A stretch of DNA of 64,000 nucleotides, from positions 480,001-544,000 of the forward strand of contig CAVYXA010000003.1 in the NCBI GenBank assembly GCA_963772365.1. The letters run 5' to 3'. The position numbers were made by a program, and so were the translations under genes. The notes beneath the pieces were generated by a model. The model saw nothing but the letters and a program-made list of their open reading frames with translations. It was not told the origin of the DNA and ran no database searches. This DNA is from an uncultured Verrucomicrobiae bacterium (GTDB taxonomy: Bacteria; Verrucomicrobiota; Verrucomicrobiia; Chthoniobacterales; UBA10450). This document shows positions 54,001-63,383 of the stretch, one piece after another; within the stretch, counting starts at the first letter, position 1; the number at the start of each line of letters is the position of its first letter.

Positions 54001-54351
54001 GAGAAATGCACCTTCTGCGTTCAGCGCATCGAGGAAGCAAAAATTGCCGCCCATGTCCGCGCCGGCGATTCGCCGAATACACTAATCCCGCGCGATTCAT
54101 TCACCACGGCGTGCGCTCAAGCGTGCCCGACGGAAGCGCTCGTGTTTGGCGATATCAAAGATCCAGAAAGCAAGGTCTCGAAGATGAAAGCGCAGGACCG
54201 AAACTACAAACTGCTTAAATATTTAAACGTGAACACGCGCGCGAGCTATCTGGCGCGCCTCCGCAATCCAAATCCAAAAATGCCGGATGCCAACGAGATC
54301 GGTGTCGCCAGTCCGATAGAGAAGGAGCCTGTGAGAGAAAAAGAAATGTGA
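51022..54351 (+). CDS. actB: ACIII TAT-exported molybdopterin-oxidoreductase-like + Fe-S subunit
   Basis: YWRSLDEL, SRRNFLK, NNGWLQEMPDP, CTGCSAC, CQHCENAPC, CVGTRYCANNCP, EKCTFC. Confidence 0.95.
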   Translation: MKRVLHHPPEPNRGKRYWRSLDELSNTSEFRHWLEREFPDGAAELEGDEWSRRNFLKLMGASFALAGFGLTSCRRPEMHLVPFTKNVEWTIPGKPLFYATAMPRRSGAIPLVVTTNDGRPTKIDGNPLHPISGGATDAFAQASILDLYDPTRSQRFLHNGKPADRDSFDTYLKKLRESIAADGGADAAFLVEETYSPTRERLRGELEKAWPNMSWCVYDPLLSQAQNSANNIGFGAHLNLAPKLDRADVIFALDSDFLDCGQGDLAALRAFSSRRRVSSAKDSMNRLYVVENRYTLTGAMADHRLSCPASQIPLFAYLLAGKIVAGTNDAALGSFVSSIPAPNGGTGINEQWVTEAANDLLSKPGASLVVAGPHQPVAVQLLVYAINSALKNIGTTLVGRNVARNPRTLSILQLANEINEGRVKRLFIFGGDPVYNAYRGLAQDKQTGQLLDWLDLQKKVPEIVRLGYHVDLTSRLSHWHVPAAHYLESWGDALAADGSFLSIQPMILPLFGGLSEIELLNALLGGPNPTGPELVQETFRATNPPGDFDTAWSNFLRDGFAPHIKNPEAALSFNSGSAGAALKDYNLWNLTPAPSFDSPEIAFVGSYSMDDGRYTNNGWLQEMPDPITKLTWDNGAMMSPTFAKRLGVETGDLVQITVREKVPGGSEPIKRELVIAALVSPGHDDASITIPLGYGRKLPEFDTLPYAGAEAASGSTTEKQRGFNGYLLRGARNPHFLIADGDHIESVKVTKVGRRYPLSITQDHFSIEGRGLVREATLEHYRADHDFVQEVEGIIAEEHQLPTIYTHPTMDAPQQWGMAVDLNVCTGCSACVIACQAENNIPIVGKLQVSHGRAMHWMRIDRYYASAKPFNQDNGEWPQHPEIVHQPMFCQHCENAPCETVCPVNATIHSEDGLNVMVYNRCVGTRYCANNCPFKVRRFNFFDYNQRPVGKKTIAGEFGIYAEYIAPFTDKGAPDVVKMQKNPNVTVRMRGVMEKCTFCVQRIEEAKIAAHVRAGDSPNTLIPRDSFTTACAQACPTEALVFGDIKDPESKVSKMKAQDRNYKLLKYLNVNTRASYLARLRNPNPKMPDANEIGVASPIEKEPVREKEM

Positions 54352-54377
54352 TGAAACTGTCGATCCTATTTCTTGCC

Positions 54378-54470
54378 TGTCATCCTGAGCGAAGCGAAGC
54401 GGAGTCGAAGGATCCCGTGGAAGTTAACTTAAGCGCTCACGACGGGATTCCTCGACTTCGCTCGGAATGA
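54378..54470. repeat. GTCAT-type REP/MITE-like long hairpin in the actB-actC spacer
   Basis: TGTCATCCTGAGCGAAG...GTCGAAGGATCCCGT / ACGGGATTCCTCGACTTCGCTCGGAATGA. Confidence 0.8.
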
Positions 54471-54480
54471 ATAGAACTTC

Positions 54481-55942
54481 ATGGACGAAACGCCCACAGC
54501 ACCAGAGGTAATCAGAGGCGAAGCGACGGCTACCGTCGAGCGCCCGCTTTCACGCGTGCCGCTGGTGTTGAACCGGCGCAATTTCAGTTGGATCACGGAA
54601 CGAATCGCCGGTGTTGTGGAAAATCCAGCACCGCGATGGTGGTGGGTCACATTCACGATCACCGCCTCGGTTGCGATGTTCGGTTTGTTCTGTCTGGGCT
54701 ATCAAATTTCCACCGGAGTTGGCACTTGGGGATTGAATCATCCGGTTGGCTGGGCCTGGGACATCACCAATTTCGTCTTCTGGATCGGTATCGGTCACGC
54801 CGGCACCCTCATCTCAGCTATCTTATATTTGCTCCGGCAAAAATGGCGCACGTCCATCAATCGCTCAGCGGAAGCGATGACGCTCTTCGCCGTCATGTGC
54901 GCCGCAATCTTCCCGGGCGTGCACGTCGGTCGGGTCTGGATGGCGTGGTTTCTCGCGCCTGTTCCTAACAACTGGGCGATCTGGCCGAATTTCCGCAGCC
55001 CGCTTATGTGGGACGTATTTGCGGTCTCGACTTATTTCACCGTCTCGGTGCTTTTTTGGTACACTGGCTCTGATCCCTGATCTCGCCACCTTACGCGACC
55101 GCGCCGTAACGAAGATCAAGAAATTCCTATTCGGAGTGTTCGCATGCGGGTGGCGCGGGTCCAATCGCAACTGGCGTCATTACGAAATGGCGTATCTCTT
55201 GTTGGCCGGTCTTTCCACGCCCCTCGTTCTTTCCGTGCATAGCGTCGTATCGTTCGACTTCGCGACGTCGATTCTACCGACGTGGCATACCACGATTTTC
55301 CCGCCCTACTTTGTCGCCGGCGCCATCTTTGGCGGATTTGCCATGGTGCTGACTCTGCTGATTCCCGCGCGCGCGATTTTTAAACTACAGGACATCATCA
55401 CCGAGCAGCACATCGACAAGATGGCCAAAATCATTTTGTTGACCGGCTCGTTCGTGACTTACGCCTACGCGATGGAATTTTTCATCGCCTGGTACAGCGG
55501 CAATCAATACGAGCGATTCGCTTTTTGGAACCGCGTATTCGGTCCTTATTGGTGGTACTGGTGGGTCGGCATGCTCTTTTGCAACATGCTTTCTCCGCAG
55601 CTTTTCTGGTTCCGCTGGTGCCGGCGGAACATCTTTGTCGTTTATTTCGTTAGCATGTGCGTCAACGCGGGCATGTGGTTCGAGCGCTTCATCATCATCG
55701 TCGGCGGATTGCACCGGGATTTCCTGCCGTCCTCGTGGGAGCTTTTCATTCCAACGTGGGTGGATATCTGGACGTTCATCGGCACGCTCGGGATCTTCAC
55801 ATCCCTGTTCCTTATTTTCATTCGATTCCTGCCGATGATCGCAATGTCCGAAGTGAAAATCGTCTTACCTGAAGCCGATGCCCATTACGCCACCCCTACT
55901 GAGCATCATCCCATCGCTCCCGGCGGAAAGGAGCGCACATGA
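54481..55942 (+). CDS. actC: ACIII NrfD-like quinol-binding subunit (frameshift near 55070)
   Basis: [42 protein letters not shown]. Confidence 0.93.
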
Positions 55943-56081
55943 GCCGTGTAAGAACGCCAAGTTGCTGTGGCGTGCGCTCTCCTGAGCGCATATTCCTGAG
56001 ACATGGCAAACATGAATCCGCTGAGGACAGCGGACGCTACAGCAATGCCCGTGATTGGCCGCGGAAAGGAGCGCACATGAG
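55923..56081. repeat. 21-bp direct repeat flanking a REP-like doublet at the actC/actD junction
   Basis: GCGGAAAGGAGCGCACATGAG at 55923-55943 and 56061-56081; internal inverted arms at 55962-56045. Confidence 0.85.
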
Positions 56082-56635
56082 AACGCCAGCCGGTCACAAA
56101 GTTTACGCCATGGCGGCTGAATACCCGAGTGCGGCGCCCTTTACGAAGCGGCCAAAATGGTGCGCGATGCGGGATTCAAACGCTGGGATGTTTATTCGCC
56201 TTTCCCAATTCATGGAATGGACGACGCCATGGGCTCTGGGAAAATCGTGGCTAAGCGCGGTAGTCCTGGCTGGCGGCATCACCGGTCTGTGCACCGCTGC
56301 TCTCGTGGAATTCGGTCCGTCGTCGATCCTGTATCCACTCGTCGTCCATGGTAAACCGACAAACTTCTTCACCGTTCCGGCTTTTTCCCGATCATGTTCG
56401 AGTTGACCGTTTTGTTCTCGGCTTTGCGGCTTTCTTCGCTGTGCTGATCATGAACGGTCTGCCGCGCCCGAATCATCCGATGTTTAACTGGAACCGGTTC
56501 AGTCGGGTTACGAACGACGGTTTCTTTCTGGCAATCGAAGCGCGAGATCCGCGGTTTACCGAAGTGGAAGCGCGCGAGCTTCTCGAGCGAAGCGGTGGCG
56601 AGCACATCACCATCATTCACGAGGAGGGAGCATGA
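56077..56635 (+). CDS. actD: ACIII DUF3341 subunit (frameshifted)
   Basis: [36 protein letters not shown] across frames. Confidence 0.88.
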
Positions 56636-57358
56636 TTCGCGGTTTTCTATTGATCTCCCTCTTGGTCGTGCATTGCGGCCCTCGCCGTGCTTGGTTTTCG
56701 TGGACAAAAAGGCACGGCGACTCCATTTGAATTGTTCCCCGACATGGTGCGCCAGATGAAGGTGCGCGCCCAAGCGCCGCTTGCATTTTTTGCCGATAAT
56801 CGCGGAGCGCGTCTGCCGGTACCCGGCACAGTTCCGATCGGTTACACAATGCCGAAGCCGCAAGACCATCGCCACGCCAGCGACGGTTGTTCCAGTGCCC
56901 GAGACATACTCGCAATCTCGACCTTCAGCGTAGGCACCGATTATTACGACACCGGGAAAATGGGCGACCAATGGGGGACTGGCATTCCGTTCAAAGTGAC
57001 GCCCGATGTCATGTGCCGCGGGCAACAGCGTTTCAACATCACCTGCGCGATGTGCCACGGCGCGAGCGCGGCCGGGAACGGCATCACCAAACAATACGGA
57101 CTGGCCACAGTCGTCAGCTTCAGGACGACCGTATCCGTAAAATGGCTGATGGCGAAATTTTCAACACCATCACACATGGCAAGAACACGATGATGGCTTA
57201 TGGCCCGAATCTGCCAGTGGCGGATCGCTGGGCGATCATCGCCTACCTGCGCGCCTTGCAGCGAAGCCAGCACGGCCTCGTGGCTGATGTGCCGCCGGAA
57301 CATCAGAGCCGAATTGGAAAAACCGAAGGCAACTCCGGCGCCTGCAGCAAAACCATGA
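56632..57358 (+). CDS. actE: ACIII monohaem cytochrome c (frameshifted)
   Basis: PDMVRQMK, PVPGTV, CAMCHG, DGEIFNTITHG, DRWAIIAYLRALQ. Confidence 0.88.
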
Positions 57359-58563
57359 GCGCGCGATCCCAAACATTACCAACGCCCGAAGGCGAACGCT
57401 TTGAAACGGGCCGTTTCACCGGGCTGTCGATCTTGCTGGGCGTGATCGCTCTGGTTTTTCTTATCCTTTGTCTGGTTGGGGCCATCGTCGATCCTCACCA
57501 ATTCAGTTTTTCCTGGCTGTTTGCATTTGCCTTTTTCTTTACTCTTTGCGCCGGTTGCTTTTTTCTGGACCATCGTCCATCACGCGACGGACGCCGAATG
57601 GTCGGTCGTGGTGCGGCGGCAACTCGAAAATCATCGGCGCGTTCTGGCGATGATAGCGCTGTTCTTCATTCCGATTCTGTTGCTCCGACATCATCTTTAC
57701 GAATGGATGAACATTCCGCCGGGCCACGAAGCATCCCTGGACTAGCAAGCGCGCATATCTCAATTGGGGATTTCTTCGTTTTCCGGGCGGTTTTCTTTTT
57801 CGGATCGTTCATTCTGGCCACTCAATCCTTGCGCCGTTGCATTCCATTCGGCAAGATGGAGATGGAAATCCGCGGCATACGATTTGGATGCGCAAGGTGG
57901 CATTTCGCCAGTCTGCCGATGTTTGCGCTTTGCCTTACCTTCGGCGCGTTCGATTGGCTGATGAGCCTGAACTACCACTGGTTCTCCACCATGTTCGGCG
58001 TTTACATCTTCGCTGGAACCGCCGGCAGCTCGATGTCGTTGCTTGTTCTGGTCATCACCGCGTTGCGCCGGGCCGGTTATTTGAAGGATGTCGTCACCGT
58101 CGAGCATTACCACATCATGGGGAAATGGATGTTCGCCTTTGTTGTCTTCTGGGCCTATATCGGGTTCGGCCAATACATGCTGATCTGGTATGCGAACATG
58201 CCGGAGGAGACGCAGTATTTCATCACTCGAAACACGGAATCATGGTGGGCTTTGAACATGCTCCTGGTGATCGGGCGTTTCTTCGGCCCGTTCGCGATCC
58301 TGCTTTTGCGCTCGATCAAAAAACATCCCGATCAACTTTGCTGGGCGGCTGGTTGGATCGTGTTCATGCAATTGATCGACATGTACATCGTCGTTCTGCC
58401 GGCGCTGCATGGAACCGGCATCCATGTCAGCATATGGGATTTCGTCGCTCTCATCGCGATGGGCGCGACTCTCGCCTTTGTCTATCTGCGGCTCCTGCCC
58501 CGCAGTTCGCTTTTCCCCGTGCGCGATCCGCGCCTGATTGAATCGTTGAGATTGACCAACTGA
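57355..58563 (+). CDS. actF: ACIII membrane subunit (frameshifted)
   Basis: DWLMSL, WFSTMFG, QYMLIWYANMPEE, DPRL. Confidence 0.9.
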   Translation: MSARSQTLPTPEGERFETGRFTGLSILLGVIALVFLILCLVGAIVDPHQFSFSWLFAFAFFFTLCAGCFFLDHRPSRDGRRMVGRGAAATRKSSARSGDDSAVLHSDSVAPTSSLRMDEHSAGPRSIPGLASAHISIGDFFVFRAVFFFGSFILATQSLRRCIPFGKMEMEIRGIRFGCARWHFASLPMFALCLTFGAFDWLMSLNYHWFSTMFGVYIFAGTAGSSMSLLVLVITALRRAGYLKDVVTVEHYHIMGKWMFAFVVFWAYIGFGQYMLIWYANMPEETQYFITRNTESWWALNMLLVIGRFFGPFAILLLRSIKKHPDQLCWAAGWIVFMQLIDMYIVVLPALHGTGIHVSIWDFVALIAMGATLAFVYLRLLPRSSLFPVRDPRLIESLRLTN

Positions 58564-58565
58564 AG

Positions 58566-59056
58566 ATGGCAACGCCCGTCACACTACACGAAGTGGCACA
58601 TACTCGAGCGCCGTTCTCAACCTGGCTAGGTGTTATGCTTCTTCTTTTTAATTTTCGGCGCGATCGTGCTCGCCCTCATCGGCCCAATGCCGCGCCAGGA
58701 CGACTACGAAGCGAAACGGGCTAAGACGCGTCTGGAAAAATTAAAAGCCCAGCGCGAAGAAGAGCCAAGGCACTCACGAGTTACGGTTGGATCGATAAAA
58801 CTAAAGGTGTCGCCCGAATCCCAATCGAGCGGGCGATGGAATTAACAATGGCCGAGCTGGCGCAGAAACAGCCGGCGCCGGCTTATCCAATTGCCACGCC
58901 GCCGCCGCAGGCTTCTGCTTCCCGCGTCGGCTCCGCCGTCCGCCGCTACGCCCGCTCCTTCGCGCAACGCCCAACACCCTACAGCCGGCCCTCAAGCCAC
59001 TTCTGTTTCCGGTCCAAACTCCGAGGAGCGGGCACACCAACCAGCCGCCACGATGA
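58566..59056 (+). CDS. ActG-like single-TM subunit (frameshifted; end approximate)
   Basis: TM segment, then YGWIDKTKGVARIPIERAMEL and a Pro/Ala-rich tail. Confidence 0.6.
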
Positions 59057-60640
59057 ATCCTCAGCCGACAACGGCTCAGTCGCCCGCGCAATCTCCCATT
59101 GTCCATCACGGTCCAAGCTCAAACGCGGCAGGATCATCCCCATCAAGATATCGATCTTAATGAAGTGACCGCCCGGGATTCCTTTGAAAGAACCAACGAT
59201 TCCGGCCAAGCCACGCCGACAGATGTCGAGCAAGTCGAACGCGCATTGATCGATGCATCCACTCGTGTGCCAGTCTTGATGTTTTATGCTTCGGCCATCG
59301 TCTGGCTGTTGATTGGCACAGTGATGGCCGGGTACGTTTCAATCAAGCTGCACTCGCCCGATTGGTTATCGGATGTCAGGTTTCTGACGTGGGGCCGAAT
59401 GCGCCCGGCGCATATGAACGTGATGGTTTACGGCTGGGCATCGATGGCTGGAATAGGCACCGCCATCTGGATCATGGCGCGATTGTGCCGCACTACTTTA
59501 CGCTATCCTCTGTTGCTCGTAGCCGGCGGCGGCTTTTGGAATCTCGGCGTTTTGCTTGGCGTAGGCGGAATACTTGGTGGCCAAAGCACCGGCTATCAAT
59601 GGCTCGAGTTTCCACCCTATGCGGCCTCGTTCTTTTCGTCGCTTATATCCTGATCATTTCTTGGGCCGTGCTGATGTTCCGGTTCCGGCATGGCGAGCAG
59701 ATTTATATCACCCAATGGTATCTGCTAGGTGCGTTTCTCTGGTTCCCCTGGGTCTATGCCGCTGCGCAATTGATGCTGTTTGTCGTGCCCGTCCAAGGGG
59801 TGATGCAGGCGGCGGTCAGCTGGTGGTACGCAAATAATCTCATGTTTCTCTGGTTCGGGGCGATCGCGCTGGGTGCCGCTTATTACATGATCCCGAAAGT
59901 GATCGGCCGCCCGGTTTACAGTTACCATCTCGCTACGATCGGATTCTGGACTTACGCGCTGTTTTCAGCTGGACAGGGATGCAGCGACTTGTCGATGGTC
60001 CATTCCCGGCCTGGATGATCACCGCAGTATCGCTGCGACAATTCTCACATTGATTCCCGTCGCGACGGTCGGGTTGAATCATCACATGACCATGCAGGGT
60101 TATTTCCCACTCATGAGATATAGTCCCACCCTGCGCTTTACCGTGTTCGGCGCGATGTCTTACACGGTGTTCAGTCTGGTCGGCATCGCAATTTCGCTGC
60201 GCTCGGTCGCGCATTACGTGAACTTCAGCCAGGCCAGCATCGCCTATTCGCATTTGGGGTGTACGCCTTCTTCACCATGACATGTTCGGCTCAATGTATT
60301 ACATCGTCCCGCGACTGGTCGGCCGCGAATGGCGCTACGCTACTCTCATCAAATTGCATTTCTGGGGTTCGGCTTATGGAATCGGGCTCATGATTCTGAT
60401 GTTGCTCGCCGGCGGATTTATTCAGGGCATAAATACTCAGGATCCGTCTCTTCCTTTCTCCGAGAGCGTTCAAGCCTTCTCCCCTATTTGCGCGGACGCA
60501 GTCTTTCCGGAATTCTCCTCGCCGCGTCGCATTTCATTTTCGCTTTCCATTTTGGACTGATGCTCTTTGGACTTGGGCGAACATCGACAGTTCCAACGTT
60601 TCTTAATCCAGTGGAGGCGGAAGCTTCCGGAGGCCATTGA
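59053..60640 (+). CDS. cbb3-type oxidase subunit I (CcoN) homologue lacking binuclear-centre ligands (frameshifted)
   Basis: WGRMRPAHMN, WWYANN, RPVYSY, WTGMQRL, AYSHLG, MFGSMYYIVPRL. Confidence 0.85.
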
Positions 60641-61627
60641 TGAAAGGACTGGCGCCGCTCTTCCTAGGAATTTTCGGAACGTTCGCGTTCTCTTGGATCG
60701 GTTTAACCGTCGTTCCGAACTACCAAATTGGGAGTCTCGATCCCCAATCGGATGAAGAGGGGACCGACATTTATCCGATGCCGCAATCGGGAATGGTTGA
60801 ACGTGGCCGGCGCATTTATGCCGCGAACGGCTGCATCTATTGTCACACACAACAGCTACGCGCCGATTACATCTCAGCCGATGTCGACCGAAAACGTGAC
60901 TACGGTGATCATCCAAGTTGGGGAGCACGCCGTAGCGCCCCGCGCGATTACATCTTCGCCAGGCCAGTTGTTGCTAGGAAAAGATCGAATCGGACCTGAC
61001 TTGGCGAACATCGGAAATGCGGCGCCATGCTGCGGAAGAGAATTCCGTCGCCTGCACCGAGCCCGGCTGGTTCAGCGGCGCCGGCCCCTGCCGCTTCACC
61101 GAGCCCACCCGCTTCCCGAATCCAACAGCGGCCAAATCTCCATCGCCCGGATCGACAATTTCGCCGGTCCATCTCCTGCTGCTTCTCGAAACGGCGCCGC
61201 TCCAACGGGATCACCTTCACCGAGTGCGCCCCTGCCGGGTCGCCATCACCTTCTCCCGCAGCGGAAAGTTCGGAACCGGGTCAGCTGAAAGCTTACACCG
61301 CGGCCTGGCATGCATGTTCATCTTTATGCCCCGCGCAGCATTAACATTGACTCCAACATGCCGGCCTATCGATTTCTTTACAAAAAACGCCCCATCGGCG
61401 GACAACGTTCTGCGGAAGCTTTGCAGCTGACCGGTCCTGATGCACCTCCGTCCGGTTGGGAAATTGTGCCGACCGCGGATGCCCAATGTCTCGTTGCCTA
61501 TCTCATGTCGCTTCAGCAATCTCACCCCTTGAGTGAAGTAAAATCCGCGCCGGCAACAGCCGCTGCGCCTGCCGGTTCACCGAGCGCTCCCGCGTCGCCT
61601 GCCGCCGCGTCGCCTGCACCAAAATGA
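60640..61627 (+). CDS. cbb3-type subunit II (CcoO) homologue with Pro/Ala/Ser insert (frameshifted)
   Basis: GRRIYAANGCIYCHTQQ, RIGPDLANIG, HLYAPR, SNMPAYRFL. Confidence 0.85.
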
Positions 61628-62403
61628 ACGAAGGCCCGACCAATCCGGAATCGAGCCCGCGCCAGGGCATGGACTACAGCGAATTCGCCGATGTCCAACA
61701 GGTGCACGCCGCGGTGCAACGCGAAAAACGCGAGCCCCGCGTCGGCCTCGAGCCACTCTCGATCTGGTTGGTTGCCGTTTACGGGCTGGCTGTCTTCTTT
61801 GGCGGCGCGTATCTCGGGCGTTACTCGGGAACTTTCAGCGGCAATGGTCTTGATCCGTTAGGCGGTCCGCCTCCCTCGAAAAAAGCAAGCGCCGCTGGTC
61901 CGGGTGGCGGCGCGCAGGTGGAGCTGACTCCTGCGGAGCGCGGCAAGAAAATTTTCGCGGCGAATTGTCAGACTTGCCACCAAGCCAACGGCGAAGGAGT
62001 GGCAGGACAATATCCGCCGCTGGCGGGTTCTGAATTCACTACGGGCGGTTCGCTTCGGCCCGCCATGATCGTGCTTAAAGGCTTGCAGGGACCAGTAACG
62101 GTGAAAGGCAAGCAATTCGGCACCGCGGTGATGCAACCCTGGGACAAAACCCTGACCGACCAAAAAATTGCAGAAGTCCTCACTTACGAGCGAAGCGCCT
62201 GGGGGAATAACGCCAGTGCCGTTACGCCCGAACAAATTGCCACTCTGCGGAAACAATTGGCGAATCATCCTGAGTCATACAGCGAGCACGAAATTCTCGC
62301 CGTTCCCGCCGAAGCCGAACTTCCCGGCGGAGCAGCTCCAGGCGCACCGCCCGCTGCCAAACCGAGCGAAGCCGCAAAACCCGGCGAACCCCCAAAGAAA
62401 TAA
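61624..62403 (+). CDS. Membrane-anchored monohaem cytochrome c
   Basis: TM segment, CQTCH, YPPLAGS, LTYERSAWGN. Confidence 0.88.
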   Translation: MNEGPTNPESSPRQGMDYSEFADVQQVHAAVQREKREPRVGLEPLSIWLVAVYGLAVFFGGAYLGRYSGTFSGNGLDPLGGPPPSKKASAAGPGGGAQVELTPAERGKKIFAANCQTCHQANGEGVAGQYPPLAGSEFTTGGSLRPAMIVLKGLQGPVTVKGKQFGTAVMQPWDKTLTDQKIAEVLTYERSAWGNNASAVTPEQIATLRKQLANHPESYSEHEILAVPAEAELPGGAAPGAPPAAKPSEAAKPGEPPKK

Positions 62404-62492
62404 TCACGGCAGATGAACGGTCCGAATTCGAATTCTGAAAACCTGCCTGCCCGCCGTAGCGCGTAGCGGGAAGGAGGAAAAGGGCCTCGAAA

Positions 62493-63113
62493 ATGGCCGG
62501 CAAGAAATCCACGGTGTCGAAGGCGCTCGCCCTTGAGCGAGTCGAGCCGCTGATCTATGAAATCCGTGGCGAAAAAGTGATTCTCGATTCGGACTTGGCG
62601 CGACTTTACGGCGTGACCACGAAGCGGCTCAACGAGCAGATAAAACGAAATAAGGAGCGATTTCCGGATGATTTCGCATTTCAGCTCAGCGCGAAAGAGA
62701 GTGCGACTTCAAGGTCGCAAATTGCGACCGGTTCACCGCAAGCCCTTGATCCTGAGTCGAGTGGAACGAACCGGTCGCAAATTGCGACCGGTTCCCAGAA
62801 GCATCGTGATCCACGTTTACGCCCTTACGCCTTCACCGAGCACGGTGCGATCATGGCCGCAAACGTCCTGAACAGCCCGCGCGCCGTGCAGATGAGTGTC
62901 TTTGTCGTGCGCGCCTTTCTCAAAATGCGGGCCCTGCTCGGGGACAAGCGCGACCTGGCCAAACAACTCGCCGCGCTGGAAAAGGAACTCAAACAACGGC
63001 TCGACGTTAACGAAGCGGCTATCGTCACCATCCTTCAACGCGTCATGGACATCATCGACCCGCCGGTCGCGCCGCCGGAGTCGGAAAAACCGAAGATCGG
63101 ATTCAAGCCATAA
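62493..63113 (+). CDS. ORF6N-domain DNA-binding protein
   Basis: IRGEKVILDSDLARLYGV, RFPDDFAFQL, PYAFTEHGAIMAANVLNS, KIGF. Confidence 0.92.
   Translation: MAGKKSTVSKALALERVEPLIYEIRGEKVILDSDLARLYGVTTKRLNEQIKRNKERFPDDFAFQLSAKESATSRSQIATGSPQALDPESSGTNRSQIATGSQKHRDPRLRPYAFTEHGAIMAANVLNSPRAVQMSVFVVRAFLKMRALLGDKRDLAKQLAALEKELKQRLDVNEAAIVTILQRVMDIIDPPVAPPESEKPKIGFKP
62713..62794. repeat. Duplicated palindrome inside the ORF6N gene
   Basis: GGTCGCAAATTGCGACCGGTTC at 62713 and 62773; perfect 27-bp palindrome at 62768-62794. Confidence 0.9.
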
Positions 63114-63383
63114 CCAATGCCCACGCCCGTTCCGTCAATCGGCATTCGAAATTCGACGATCGAAATTTCCTCAGTCCCGCCCCGGGGCAACGCCAACTTC
63201 GCGCGGGCTTCACTTCCGCATTCCGCATTCGAACTTTGAAATGCCTCGCGCCCCTTTTCTTTTGGAATAACTGGACGCCACAGGGCCGATTTACGCGAGG
63301 AGACAGGCAACGCGTTATGCGCGTCCAACGAACCGTGTGCAAGGCGCTGTTCCCAACAGCGGTGTGATCGGTAAAGACACCGG

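Noticed and set aside
51022..54351. ActB as an active molybdoenzyme
   Set aside because: The act operon context identifies it as ACIII ActB, whose molybdopterin-like domain is known to lack the cofactor.
62493..63113. Prophage inferred from ORF6N
   Set aside because: No phage structural, replication or integrase genes in the window.
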